Of a stretch of 64,000 bases of DNA, positions 36,241 to 48,903 are shown piece by piece. This DNA comes from Scyliorhinus canicula. Its lineage: Eukaryota. Numbering within the stretch: the stretch's first letter is position 1; the number at the start of each line of letters is the position of its first letter. Location: assembly GCF_902713615.1 (NCBI RefSeq), contig NC_052162.1, positions 93,320,559-93,384,558 on the forward strand. The letters run 5' to 3'. The notes below the pieces were generated by a model, which worked only from the letters and a program-made list of their open reading frames with translations, was not told where the DNA came from and did not search any database. A program made the translations under genes and the position numbers.

Positions 36241-36588
36241 ATAGAACATAGAACAGTACAGCACCGAACAGGCTCTTCGGCCCTCAATGTTGTGCCGAGC
36301 CATGATCACCCCACTCAAACCCACGTATCCACCCTATACTCGTAACCCAACAACCCCCCCCATTAACCTTACTTTTTTTTTAGGACACTACGGGCAATTT
36401 AGCATGGCCAATCCACCTAACCCGCACATCTTTGGACTGTGGGAGGAAACCGGAGCACCCGGAGGAAACCCACGCACACAGGGGGAGGACGTGCAGACTC
36501 CACACAGACAGTGACCCAGCCGGGAATCGAACCTGGGACCCTGGAGCTGCGAAGCATTTATGCTAACCACCATGCTACCCTGCTGCCC
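36241..36588 (-). mobile_element. V-SINE with alternative CR1 tail (GGGCC.AAG.GCCTGTTC.GTGCTGTACTGTTCTA)
   Basis: Near-identical to 61613-61955. Confidence 0.92.
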
Positions 36589-38659
36589 AATGCCTCCACA
36601 ATTTCCTCAGCTATCTCTTTTAGGACCTTGGGGTGTAGTCCATCCGGTACAGGTGACTTATCCAGGTGACCTTTCAGTTTACCTAGAACCTTCTCCTTAG
36701 TGATGGCCACTGCACTCACCTCTGCCCCCGAGTTCTCCTGGAGCTCTGGCATCCCACTCGTGTCTTCCACCGTGAAGACTGATGCAAAGTAACTATTCAA
36801 TTCATCTGCCATTTCTTTGTTTCCTATTACTTCTCCAGCCATGTTTTCCAATGGTTAAATGCCTATTTTTGCCTCTCTCTTACCTTTTATATATTGAAAG
36901 AAACTCTTACTATCTTCTTTTATATTACTGGCTAACTTGCACTCATATTTCATCTTCTCTCCCTTATTAATTTTTTAGTTGTCCTCTGCTCGCTTTTAAA
37001 TGATTCCCAATTCTCTGACTTCCCACTAATCCTTGCCACTTTATATGCTTTTTCTTTTGCTTTTATGCTGTCCTTGATTTCCCTCACCAACCATGGATGC
37101 CTTGTCCTGCCCTTAGCATGTTTCCTCCTTGGGATGAATTTCTGCTGTGCCTCACGAATAACCCCCAAAAACTCCTGCACTGTCCTCCCTGCTAGTCTCC
37201 TTTTCCAATCAACTCTGGCCAGCTCCTCCCTCATGTCTTTGTAGTTACCCTTATTTAATTGTAATACCTTTACATCTGACTCCAGCTTCTCCCTCTTAAA
37301 CTGCAGGGTAAATTCTATCACATTGAGGTCACTGCTCCCTCAGGGTTCCTTCACCTTGAGATCCCTAATCAAGTCTGCCTCATGACACATCACCAAATCC
37401 AAAATTGCCTGATCCCTAGTGGGCTCGAACACAAGCTGCTCCAAAAAAACATCCCTTAAACATTCCCCAAATTCCTTTTCTTGGGATCCACTGCCAAGCT
37501 GATTTTCCCAGCCCACGTGCATATTGAAGTCGCCCACGATTATTGTGATATTGCCTTTTTTACATGCTTTCTCTATCTCCTGATATATTTTTTGCCACAC
37601 ATCCTGACTACTGCTTGGGGGCCTGCACATAACTCCCATCAGGGTCTTTTTACCTTTGTGATTCCTCAACTCTACCCACAGAGATTCTATGCCTTCTGAT
37701 CCTGTATCGCTCCTTGCTATCGATTTAACTTCATTCCTTACTAACAATGCAACCCCGCCCCCTTGTTCCGTATATTGCGCGCATTTAGGTACAACACCCT
37801 CAGTCCTGCATTGACCACCTCCCCTCTCACACTTGTCACCTTTTTTGCTCTGCCTGAGGGTGATGTTATTCCCTTATTTTTGTTCTCTATTTCCCCTTCA
37901 GTTATGACACCTTCTCAGCGAACCTCTGGTTCCCACTGTACTCTGGGCTAGTGAATTCCACAGATTCATGCCCCTTTGAGAGTAGTAATTTCTCCTCATG
38001 TCTGTTCTAATCTGCTACCCTTTATCCTAAAACTATGATCATTCTAGATTGCCCCATAAGAGGCAGCATCCACTGCATCTCTACTTTGTCAATATCCTTT
38101 ATCATCTTATATACCTCAATTAGATCTCCTCTAATTCTAAACTCGAGGGAGCGTAAACCTAAACTGCTCAATCTCTCTCTACAAGCCAAGCCCTTCATCT
38201 CTGGAATCAATCCAGTCAACCTCCTCTGAACTGCCTCTAATGCAGTTCTACATCCCTCATCAAATAAGGGGACCAGAACTGTGCTGGTTTTCTGTAACAA
38301 TTTGGCTTTGCTGCCTTGAAGGTCTCTGTGGTGTAGTGACGTGATCGGCTGATTCTTCCATCTTGTTTCGCGTGAGCAAATTCCACGTTTGCTCGTCTGG
38401 CGTCTCAACATTTATAAACTTTACCATCATTCAGACAGGGAGTAAAAGGAAATTATCCATATAGGCATGTTTTTACACATGAAGAAGCACTATCAATGTG
38501 TGTATTTTCTCGGTTTTGGTCGTGGGGGGGTGGGGGGGGTGGGGGGAGGGGACAGGGGCAAGAATGAAGCTGAGCACAGGGACGCACAAACTGTAAACAT
38601 GTCATTGATAGATTGTGAAGCTCCGCTAAAAGGTGTGAGGGAAGACAGGCAAAGGCTAG

Positions 38660-39689
38660 TTTTTAAAGAACTAATACATGGTTTACCACAAATTTAAATT
38701 CCTTTGAGGCACAAAAACCCAACAGGGAAAATGATCCAAATGTGGCTGACAAGAGAAGTAAAAGATTGTTTTAGGCTAAAGGTTGAGGCTTATAAGATTG
38801 GCAAAAACAGTAGTAAACCTGAAGATCGTGAGCATTTTAGAATTCCGCAAAGGGGGACCAGAACAGCAAATTATGGAGAAACATAAAGGTAGACAGTAAA
38901 AGCTTCTATGTGAGCCCATTAGAGGTGGGGACAGGAGCATTTATGGTGGAGAATAAGAAAATTGTAGAGAAATTATACACATACTTTGTCTCTGTCTTCA
39001 TGAAGGAAGGTACAAAAACTTCTAAGAAATACTAATGAACCAAGGGATGAGTGAGAATGAACTGAATGATATTAGTATTAATTTTTGAAAAGTACTGGAG
39101 TAATTAATGGGACTGAAAATTGATTAATCCCGGGACTGATGATTTGCATCTCTGAGTGGAAGAGTCGGCTGGAGAGATAATGGATGCATTGGTGATGGAC
39201 TTTGAAAATACTATAGATTCTGGAATGGTGCCTGCAGATTGGAAGGTAGCACTGTTTAAAAATAGGAGCGAGAGAGAAATGGGAAATTACAAATGTTAGC
39301 CTGAGATCAAAGGAGGGAAAATGCTAAAGTTTATTAGAAAGGAAGTGATAACTGCACGCTTGGAAAATAATAGTAGGATTGGGCAGATTCCATGTGGATT
39401 CAATGTGTATTACATTTGACAAATCTGTTGGAGTTTTTTTGCAGATTTAATTATGGTTGGGGATGTGGTGCATTTGGATTTCAGAAGACATTCAACAACA
39501 TTCCAGAAATGAGGTTAGTAAACAGAATTAGAACACCTGACATAGTGATTCTTTGGAATTCTCTACCCTAGAAGACCTGGTCAATCATCGAGGACGTTAA
39601 AGACAGAGATTGATGGATTTCTAGAGAGGGACGATATCAAGAGATATGGAGATATGGGGTTGAGGTAGAAGATCAGCCATGATCTGGTT
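38660..39689 (+). mobile_element. Degraded CR1 LINE
   Basis: WLTREVKDC, TACTTTGTCTCTGTCTTCA, GATTTCAGAAG.CATT and CR1 3' UTR at about 39545-39689. Confidence 0.8.
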
Positions 39690-40605
39690 CAGGATTTTCC
39701 AAACTGCAGGTCGTGTCCCACAAGCGTGTCGAGGGCGGATGCCAGGAGGTTCGCGGAGAGATAAATCGCAGCATTGCCGATCATGGGAAGAAGTACCCAA
39801 TGACCGCGAATCCATGTCTACAACTGGCTTTTAAGTTGAGAATATCAGCTGCTAACCGCCAGAAGCGATGGCAGAGAGCAGGTTATGCACCCGGCACATA
39901 CACTGATGTCACGCAGAAATGTCCGTCCAGGCTTTGGGCAAGAAATCACAAAGGAGAGATTACTCCATTTTGTAGCTGCCAGAAGGCAAGCAACTGGACT
40001 ATGAAGAACCCACGTTGGATCATCTCATATTAAGAAAGAGAGGACCAGAGACACAATCAGGCCAGGATCTCACAACTGAATCTACTGGAGAGAGCTACCC
40101 AGGAGAGTCCACGGCAGAACAAAACAGTGCTGGTGTGAGCTGTATATAGAACTCCAGGGCCTCTGGTGAACAACTCATTAAGAAGAAACAGAAATCAGCA
40201 ACAAAACAGTCCGAAGATGATTTCTTGAGGTATGACTTTGTTAATTGTGCCAGTGCAAATCAGGATGTAAAGCCCATGTGTGTTAAATGCAGGGAAGTAC
40301 CAGAAAATGAGTTTAAAACCCTCAAAACTTCAAAGGCATTTGAAGACGAAGTTTGGTGAGTTTGAGGACAAGCCCCTTGATTTTATCAAAGGATGCAGCA
40401 AAAGCTTAAATTATCAACATGAAGTCCTCAGCAAGAGCCAGCCTCCCCGGACAGGCGCCGGAATGTGGCGACTAGGGGCTTTACACAGTAAGTTCATTGA
40501 AGCCTACTCGTGACAATAAGCGACTTTCATTTTTCATTTTCAAATGTAGCATTGAATGACAAAGCAAGTGAGATCATAAGGAACAAGCAGGCTCACCTAT
40601 CTTTT
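39690..40605 (+). mobile_element. Internally deleted hAT-Charlie (Buster/ZBED-like) transposon
   Basis: Left end CAGGATTTTCCAAACTG; KPMCVKC...SLKPSKLQRHLKTK...KPLDF Zn finger joined to C-terminal KQAHLS; short SINE fragment nested at 40437-40542. Confidence 0.8.
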
Positions 40606-40614
40606 CTTCAATTA

Positions 40615-41086
40615 TTCTGCAGCCTGACACCCTGGCAGTGCCACCTGGGTGACAGCCTGGCACTGCCAGGGTGCCCAGGTGGCACTACCAAACTGCCAGG
40701 GCACTGTCAGGGTACCAGACTGGTAACGCCAAGGTGCCAAGCTGACATTTTTCCTGTGCCGGGGAATGGACCCAAGGGTGTCCTGCTGGTATATGTTGGG
40801 GTGCAGGGGGCTCGAGGACTCCCCAACAGGTGAGTTGGGGGTGTTGGAGGGGTCTGGGGATCACATCAGGGGATCGAGAGATCCAGACGTCATTTAAAAA
40901 TAGCATCCCGATCTCTCGGTGTAGTAAATGACGCTAAGTGCGGCCTTGGGTGGGGGGAGGTGGTGCATTTCACACCGAGGTCCGAAATAGCAACAGGGTG
41001 TGCCGTTAGTTATCAGGGTCGCTCTCGTTGTTTTGACCCCACTAATCCCACCCAGAACGGACTCTTTTTTTGGTTCGATCTCACCC
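40615..41086. mobile_element. Harbinger-like non-autonomous fragment related to 46085-46640 (opposite orientation)
   Basis: CATTTAAAAATAGCATCCCGATCTCTC resembles the reverse complement of 46280-46305; ends GATCTCACCC. Confidence 0.65.
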
Positions 41087-41319
41087 ACTATTTAATTGGA
41101 GGTGGTTCAGAGAAGGTTCTCTTGAATGATCCCCAGTATGGAGGGACCGTCTTCTGAGCAAAGGTTAAACAGGTTGGGAGTCTATTCATTGGAGTTTAGA
41201 ATAATTCAGCCCCGTGGTGTTCATTTCTTTCGGTTTGCAGTCCACCTGCATATTTCCGGTGGGACTTGCTGGCCTTGGCAAAGGAATTTGTATATCCCCC
41301 AACGAGTGATGGCAGCTCA

Positions 41320-41702
41320 TCAGGAATGATAGCAGAAAGTAATCCAGAGGCCTGGAGTAATGATTTGGTGACATGAGTTCAAATCTCACCACAGCAGCTG
41401 GAGGAATTCATATTTAGTTCATTAACTAAATCTGAAATGGAAAGCAAGTATCAGTTATGGTGACAATATAATCTCTGGATTGTTGGAAGCTTCTGGTTCA
41501 TTGATCTAATTTAGGGAGGGAATTCTTCCCTCTTCACCCAGTCTGGTTGGTTTGTGAATACAGACCCACGGCTAACTACCCTCTGAAATGGCCATCCATT
41601 GTCTAGAAAGTGATTCATTGTCACCTTCTCAAGGGCATTTCGAGATGGGCAATAAATGCTGGGCTTATCTATGATGCACACATCCAGTGAATGAATAAAA
41701 AT
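41320..41702 (+). mobile_element. Type-A SINE
   Basis: Head GTAATCCAGAGG...GAGTTCAAATCTCACCAC; tail GATGGGCAATAAATGCTGG. Confidence 0.8.
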
Positions 41703-42279
41703 AAGCATGCAGAACACCAAGTCGCTATTACAAATCAGTATGCAATTCTGATTTCATGTCAGCGCTGCTATTTTACACACCGTCAGCAAAACCTTTGCCT
41801 TAACCCTGTTCTAGTCTTGTGCAGCTGAACATGGCATTAAACAGCCTGAAGGACCATCCCTGTCATCATCACTATTTAAAGGAATCATTGTAAAGGATGT
41901 TTGGTGCTTTATGAAGGAGGTTTGGAGCCTTGCTTGGATGAACATAAACCATTCATTGGTAATCAATAACTATGCGCATATCCAAGGTTACGTTGCTGCT
42001 GTCTCTGTATTGCTCCCTTCCAATATCCTCGCCACAGGTAGCCTACTACCATGTGCCTCTCTCCATCACAACATGGGCGGTACTGTTCCCCAGTCCCACG
42101 TTAACCCTAACTCTGCTAAACACCTTTATGCTACCGAGGTCATGAACTACTGACAGGTTCGTTGCAGGATTATCTCTTCTGGCTGTGTTTGTGGTGTGCT
42201 TTTAAATCTTTCTGATAAAGTTTCAGTGATATACAGGCTGCAATTTTAAGTTGTGTAGAAGAGAGCCGGAATTGAGGGA

Positions 42280-42560
42280 TGATGTACCATCAATTGAGAC
42301 GAGTTGCTGAACAAAAGTATGGCTTTAATATACTAGATGTTAAGCCCTGCGGTCGATTACAGTAGAAGGACGACCGCCGGAAGTACTGGGTATTTATACC
42401 CCACCCTGGAGGCGGGGTTAACTCAGCCTCTCAACCAATCGGGGAGCCGTTACATGACTGGTCTCAACCAACTGGTCGAGAGGCACATGACCGACCAGGG
42501 CCAATGGTAAGCCGGTGTTATGCACCAATGGCAGGCAGCTATGCTAATCATACCACCACA
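42280..42560 (-). mobile_element. Solo LTR (281 bp), termini related to 34492-34720
   Basis: Reverse complement TGTGGTGG...ATTGATGGTACATCA; 5-bp TSD AGGGA. Confidence 0.9.
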
Positions 42561-42604
42561 AGGGATACCGAAGAAATTAGTCCGAAAAACTGCAGCAGAC
42601 AAAG

Positions 42605-42924
42605 TTAATGATAATAATTATCTTTATTATTGTCACAAGTATGCTTACATTTGACACTGCAATGAAGTTGCTGTGAAAATCCCCTCGTCTCCACACTCCG
42701 GTGCCTGTTCGGGTACACTGAGGAAGAATTCAGAACGTTCAATTCACCTAACAAGCACATATTTCGGGACTTGTGGGAGGAAACCGGAGCACCCGGAGGA
42801 AACCCACACAGACACGGGGAGAACGTGCAGACTCCGCGCAGACAGTGATCCGAGTCGGGAATTGAACCTGGGACCCTGGCCTTGTGAAGCAACAGTGTTA
42901 ACCACTGTGCTACCGTGCTGTCCC
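42605..42924 (-). mobile_element. V-SINE head joined to the short-SINE-type tail (...TGTGACAATAATAAAGATAAT)
   Basis: 5' part matches HE1-like copies; 3' part matches the tail of the 22568 family. Confidence 0.88.
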
Positions 42925-43342
42925 AAGTTCAATGTGGGGAAGTGTGAAGTCCTTAACTTTGGGTTCAAGAAATACAAGTTCGAATTTTTGTATGAACATC
43001 GGGCGAGTAGGAAATATTGAACAAAGGGATTTTAGTGTTCATGTACAAAATACACTAAAGACAGTTCATACGTTGGAAGAGAAACACAGAGACGAATGGA
43101 ATGTTGACCTTTATTTAAAATTTTTGGAGAAACAGTGGTATATAATGGTAATGGTTAGTCATCCAGACACCCAGACTAAAGCTCCGGGACCACCGTGGCA
43201 GCTGGTGGAACTAAAATTCAATCAATAAATCTTGAATTGAAAGCTAACCACAGTAATGGAAATTAAACCATTGCCAATTGTTTTAAAAACTCATCTGGCT
43301 TATTAATGTCCTTTGGGGAAGGACGTCAGCTGTATCAACCTG

Positions 43343-44061
43343 GGGCGCGATTCTCCGCCCCCCACGATGGGTCGGAGAATAGCGGGAGGGCCTTCCCGAC
43401 ATTTTTCCCGACCTCCCGCTATTCTCCCCCCCCCCACGGCTGCCCCACGACACGAATCGCTGCTCGCCGTTTTTTACGGCGAGCAGCGATTCTCCCCTAG
43501 CCAATGGGCCGATTTCCCAGGCCTTTACGGCTGTTTTCACGAACTCCAACACACCTGCTCTCACAGTTCGTGAAAACGGCCGCAAAGTGCCGTTCTGGAG
43601 AACCATGCCACCGATTGGCACGTCCGCACCACGGCCATGCCAAGGGTGGCATGGGCCCGCGATCGGTGGGCACCGATCGCGGGCAGCGGGTCCGAACCCC
43701 GCGCACTCTATGTTCCTCTGTGGGGGACTGATCCAGCGGGGCGGTTGAGAGGCATACCGGCCCGCGCATGCGCGGGTTTCACGCATATGCGCGATGATGT
43801 CATCCGCGCATGCGCGGGTTGGAGCCGTCCAATCTGCGCATGCGCGGCTGACGTCATCGTGCGCGTCAGCCGCCGTTAACTTTGGCACGCGGGCTTAGCA
43901 AATTTCGCTAAGCCTGCGATGCCGAGGTTCACGGGGCCCCGCTGCTAGCCCCGACCGGGGAGCAGAATCGGGTCCCGGGAGGGGGCGCGGAGGCTTCCGT
44001 GAAACACGGCCGGTTTCACGGCAGCCTTCACGACTCTCCGCATTTGCGGAGAATCGCGCCC
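43343..44061. mobile_element. Intact young Harbinger-like MITE (719 bp)
   Basis: Perfect 16-bp TIRs, TSD CTG, CpG-rich; highly similar to 15657-16479. Confidence 0.95.
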
Positions 44062-44070
44062 CTGGTCTTT

Positions 44071-44265
44071 AAAATCCCCAAAGTCCCAGGTGACCATAGG
44101 CTGCTTTCCCCCTTCAGAGGGAGAGATGACTGGTGATGATCTAACCTGAAGATTACCACATCTCAGACTATCGGCAAGGTTGAGAATAACCTCAGCCAGT
44201 ACAGGAGTCGAACCCCGCTGTTGACCCGGTTCTGCATCACAAACGACCAGCCAACTGGGCTGAAC
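44071..44265 (-). mobile_element. tRNA-headed SINE ('type B')
   Basis: Reverse match to 52490-52705 (GGGGAAAGCAGCCTATGGTCA). Confidence 0.78.
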
Positions 44266-46084
44266 CTGGTCTTACCTACATGTGACTCCAGACCGACAGC
44301 AATATGGTTCACTTTTAAGTGCCCTCTGAGATGGCCTTGCAAGCCACTCAGCTCAAGGGCAATTAAAGATGGGAAATAAATGCTGGCCTTGCCAGCGACA
44401 CCACATCCCACCAAGGAATACATTTTTGAAAAGGGGTTTACGTTACAAAAGTGAGGAAGCGACAATTCAATGTTAAAGAAAGTTCAGACCTCCTCTCGGG
44501 TTTTGGGCACTTCACCCATTGGTCTCTGAAAGGGGCACAGCCCAGGTTCACCAGAAATGGTATCGGGACAAAAATCACGAGGACATCCGAAGTAAACGTG
44601 GCTTGCATTCCTTTGTGTTTGGGAGGATGCGCTTAAAATGATCAGGAGGTTCAGAAAGGTTGAATCAATTTCCTCTGGTGAACCAGAGGGTTTCAGATTT
44701 GCGTGTTTGTGTGTGTTTGTGTGTGAACAATTGTAACCACCCATTTATATCAGGAAGAGGGGATAACGTTCTCCCCTAATGTCATGAGTGAACTCATTTT
44801 ATTCCAAAAAGAGTTAGTGATTCATGACCCAATTGACTGAATTTTCCAGATGTGGAGTTGAAGGGACTGGCAGGGGTGGTAAAATAGTGAGGAAATGTCA
44901 GGAGGGTTCCCAGTGATACCCCACCTCCAGGGAGGTCTCTCATAGGTGGGTCGGGAGTCGAATCATCTACCACCGCACAAACCAATTAAAACAATCTAAT
45001 CGCCTATTAGTGACAATTTGTTGGAGCTGCTGCATTTTTCTGGTGGCATAGTAGCCCGCTGACATGTTGGGAGGCAACCAGCTTCATGGAGTTACCTTCC
45101 TGTGCTATCCTGGGGAGGCATTGGAGGTGGAGGCTCCATTCCCCCAAAGAATGGGGCATGGGGAGGAAAGGAAGCCCCAGTATACGCTTTGGACTCGTTT
45201 TCCTCACCTCTCGATCCTTGATGTGCCTCAGCAACAACATCTTCTACCAGTGGGGCTGCAGAGGCATTGCAATTCAATTCCACAGCGGGTCTAGAGATGG
45301 GCAATGAGGAGGCAGTCCCTGGAAAAATCACCGAGCTGGTTCTGTTGGTAGTAAGTGTGGGCCTTGGGAACCCTTATTTGGTCCCAAGGTCAGAGTTCAG
45401 AAACCTACAGACTTTATAATCGATGATTAATATGCCTAAACAAATACCATTGGGATATTATTGCACTTGGGAAGATTGGCATGTTAATATTATTTATTTA
45501 TAACCAAAGCAGTCAGCTTGCATTATTGATATCACTTATGTAATAGCAGGCTCTGACCCTCGGGCAGTCTTGTTGCTATTTTGGGATTTGAAACATCAGA
45601 ATTTTCAATCTTTTCAGGCTGGAAGTAATAAACCTGCGACCCTGTTCTCCTGTACCCTTGACCTGAATATTCTACTGTGCTGTTGTTGGGGTCTGAAAAT
45701 TCTTGGTTGGTCTTTCATTACTCTGAAGAAATGTTTCATTATCTTGACACTTGCATCCAATGCTGTGACAGATAGTCTGTCACGCTCATTGCTCAAAACT
45801 ATCCAAGTTTAATTTTGTTGATTGCTATTATTTTCTCTGAAAAGTCATCAGCCAATTTACAAATTGACAGCGACTAATCTACCATCCGGCAACAAGGAGA
45901 TGATGGATGTGGTAGCACACCTCTTTTAAGGGACGAGCCCTCATAATCCATGTGACTGGCTCGTGGCCTATCGCGCAGCAATGTGTGAACCCCAACCAAT
46001 GAGGAAATAACACAGGTCCTGGGAGCGCGATCCCTGGCAGAGTGGACCCAGGAGCCAGAGAGTGAAGACCGGTTTAGTGACCCT

Positions 46085-47821
46085 GGGCGCGACTCTCCCA
46101 ATTGGAAACTAAGGCTTGATTTTCCCAAAAGGGAACAAAGTCCCCTAGTGAGTGTGTTTAACTGTGTGTTTCCTGACACTCGCAGTGCCAAAAAAACGCA
46201 TGGCTATTCAATGCGACTTGAGTTGAAGAAGAGGTCTGAACGGGAACAGGCAGCCTCGCCAGAGGTCCCCAGTGTAGCGAGAGATCGGGATGCCATTTTT
46301 AAATGGTATCCCGATCTCCAAGTCCCTTAAACAATCCCCAAGCTCCCCCCCGCCCCCCCCTCCCCACCAACCCGAACACAGCATGCGCTGGGCACCTCGG
46401 CCCAATCACACGGACGATGCCAGCTTGGCATGTTGGCAATGCCACCTTGGCAGTGCAAGGCTGGAACCCAGGTGGCACTGTCCAAGTGCCAGGCTGGCAC
46501 TGCCAGAGCGACAAGCTGGCATTGCCAGGGTACCCAGGTAGCACCAGCAGTGCCAGGGCACCACCTTGCCCAAAGGACATGCAGCTGGGGGTCTCCAATC
46601 CGCTGGCAGACCCCCAAGAGTGATGTTCTATCTGGTCCCCAGATCTGGTTCTATCTGGAACAAAGGGACAGCCTCTTTAAAAACAACTGTGGTTGGAACA
46701 AATTGCTGCTCCTCTGAATTAAAGGACCCCAGGTTGAGCTATATAAATAAACAACCTTATTTCTCCCGTTGAAACTGCCTGGACCTGTCAATAAAAAGCA
46801 CGTAAAAGGCAATGGTGAAATTGAGTGTAAACAATGCAGGTCAAAGCTTTTAGGCCTGTTGTCATACAAAGGCTTGAAAAAGTTAAAGGTTAATGAAGTT
46901 GACTGTGAAAAAAACACTTTTAAGGTTCCCACCACATTAAAGGGAATCCTTTTACCTTCATCTCATAAATCCTTTAACTTTTTTTTCTTTTTACATTTAG
47001 AGTACCCAATTATTTTTTTTCCAATGAAGGGGCAATTTAGCATGGCCAATCCACCTACCTTGCACATCTTTGGATTGTGGGGGTGAAATCCAGGCCAACA
47101 TGGGGAGATTGTGCAAACTCCACACAGACAGTGACCCAGAGACGGAATCGAACTGGGACCTCGGTGCCATGAGGCAGCAGTGCTAACCACTGCACCACCA
47201 TGCTGCCCTAGATCCTTGAATCTGATGTGCTGTCAGACAATTTAAAGGAATTAAGGCTGCAGATGGGGAAGACGTTCATTTCGTTGTCAAAGATCTTTAA
47301 TTTTGATATACTGACAGACAATTTAAAGGGTTTAAAGGTTCAGATGGGAAGACCAGCCAAACAACACACATTCCCAGGAAATTCACTCGACCTGAGCTCC
47401 TCCATCCCAGCCCAAGCCCCCTGACTGCTCCCTCCCATGAAGGATTGCGCCCCCCCCTGCCCCCCAGCATCCTGGAGGTAATTGTAGGGAGCGTACTCAA
47501 CCTCTTCCCACCCCTCAGAATACCAGCCACCAGATCTTCATTTCTCAGGAGTTGCACCAATTCAGGCCAGTGGGAATCCCGATTCGGGGGAGTCAGGTGA
47601 ATTTGGCATCCTGCCCTTAAATCACATTCAAATTAGAGTTAATAACTAGTTTCCATATTCCGCACGGGTCTGAGTGGGAACCTCATTGGGACCGACGGGC
47701 CAAGTCGGGAGACTCGCAGCAGGTTTCGCGAACGGCGTGAAAGCTGTTTTTTGTTTGACACCCGATTCACCGGGCCATCAGGATTCCCGCCACTGACTGG
47801 CGGCCTCTGAGAATGCCAGGC
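46085..47821. mobile_element. Longer Harbinger-like non-autonomous element inserted in the LTR
   Basis: Left TIR GGGCGCGACTCTCC, degenerate right end GAGAATGCCAGGC, flanks CCT/TCT; the LTR rejoins when it is removed. Confidence 0.6.
46978..47208 (-). mobile_element. Short V-SINE variant with A-rich tail
   Basis: Imperfect TSD TAAATCCTTTAA / TAGATCCTTGAA. Confidence 0.88.
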
Positions 47822-48042
47822 TCTGTAACTGTGTGCAGTTTACCTTTACTTGTTACCAATAAATTCTTGTTCTGTTGTACTAAGTCTCTACAGTTTTGTG
47901 TCGAGTTGTCATATTGGAGACGTGTGTAAACTGGAGTGTTACAGCAGTAAGTTACAATTCGAGGGGAAAGGCAGAAGACTACAAAAAAGGAACAGAGAAA
48001 TTGAAAAGCGTCAATGAAAAATGCCCATGATTGGGCAGCTAT

Positions 48043-48280
48043 AGGGCGGCACGGTGGCGCAGTGGTTAGCACTGCCGCTGCACGGCGCCAAGATCCCAGG
48101 TTCGATCCGGGTTCTGGGTCGCTGTCTGTGTGGTTTGCACATTCTCCCCGTGTTTACATGGGTTTTGCCCCCACAACCCAAAACATGTGCAGAGTAGGTG
48201 GATTGACCACGCTAAATTGCCCCTTAATTGGAAAAAATGAATTGGGTACTCTAAATTTAAAAAGAAACAAAAAAGAAAAT
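48043..48280 (+). mobile_element. Short V-SINE variant with A-rich tail
   Basis: TSD ATGATTGGGCAGCT / ATGATTGAGCAGCT. Confidence 0.88.
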
Positions 48281-48903
48281 AATGATTGAGCAGCTTGACC
48301 TATTCGACCAGGGGGCAAACACTGGAACCAGTGTATTGTGCAGCTCCATTACTTCTTTACAGCAAACAAAATAACAGGGGAGGATAAACAGGTTATTCTA
48401 TTAATGGTTTGTTAATACCACATACTAAACAATCACGCAGCATGCCACCGATTAGTGTAGCAAACTTCAGCCATGTAAGGGAGTTGCAGGTGATGGATGT
48501 GAACAACAGGACACTGTGGAAACACGTTGTCCATGTAAGAAGCTGTGGTGCCACAACCCCTTCTCTGAACAGTTCAAGCCAGCAGGCAGTTCCAGTACTC
48601 CTGGGGTGGAGCCAGAGCCGAGGGAAGTTCTGAGGAGGTCCCGCCAATGATCCAGGAGGGAGTTGGAGTAGGGAGTGCCCCTGCTGTTGTGGTCAAATCT
48701 CAGAGATAATCTTCTACGGATGACAACGTTGCTCCCTTAAAGTTGGAGGAGCCAGTTGGGAGGTCTAATGAGGTCTATGAGACCCAGAAAGTCCCCTGAC
48801 AGATTGACATTGTGATGAACTGTTATGGACTCTCTCCCCTTGTGTTTCTCAACCTTTTTATTGTACCTAGTTACTGTAAATAACCTGTTCTGTAAATATG
48901 TTA

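Larger units (their letters stand above)
34955..37931 (-). mobile_element. Long degraded CR1 LINE (APE and RT) with two nested SINEs
   Basis: ESLWVELRN, IIVGDFN, EPTRDQAILDLV, LNSYFASVFT, KSPVPDGLHPKVLKE, YNVEKCEVMHFG; many stops and frameshifts. Confidence 0.93.
34785..38295 (-). mobile_element. Older CR1 3' fragment (34785-34955 plus 37932-38295) split by a longer CR1
   Basis: 3' UTR at 34785; ALEAVQRRLTGLIPEMKGL...RIRGDLIEVYK at 38022-38260. Confidence 0.75.
43133..44422 (+). mobile_element. Type-A SINE split by two nested insertions
   Basis: Head 43133-43342 and tail 44266-44422 are collinear with 41320-41702. Confidence 0.82.
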
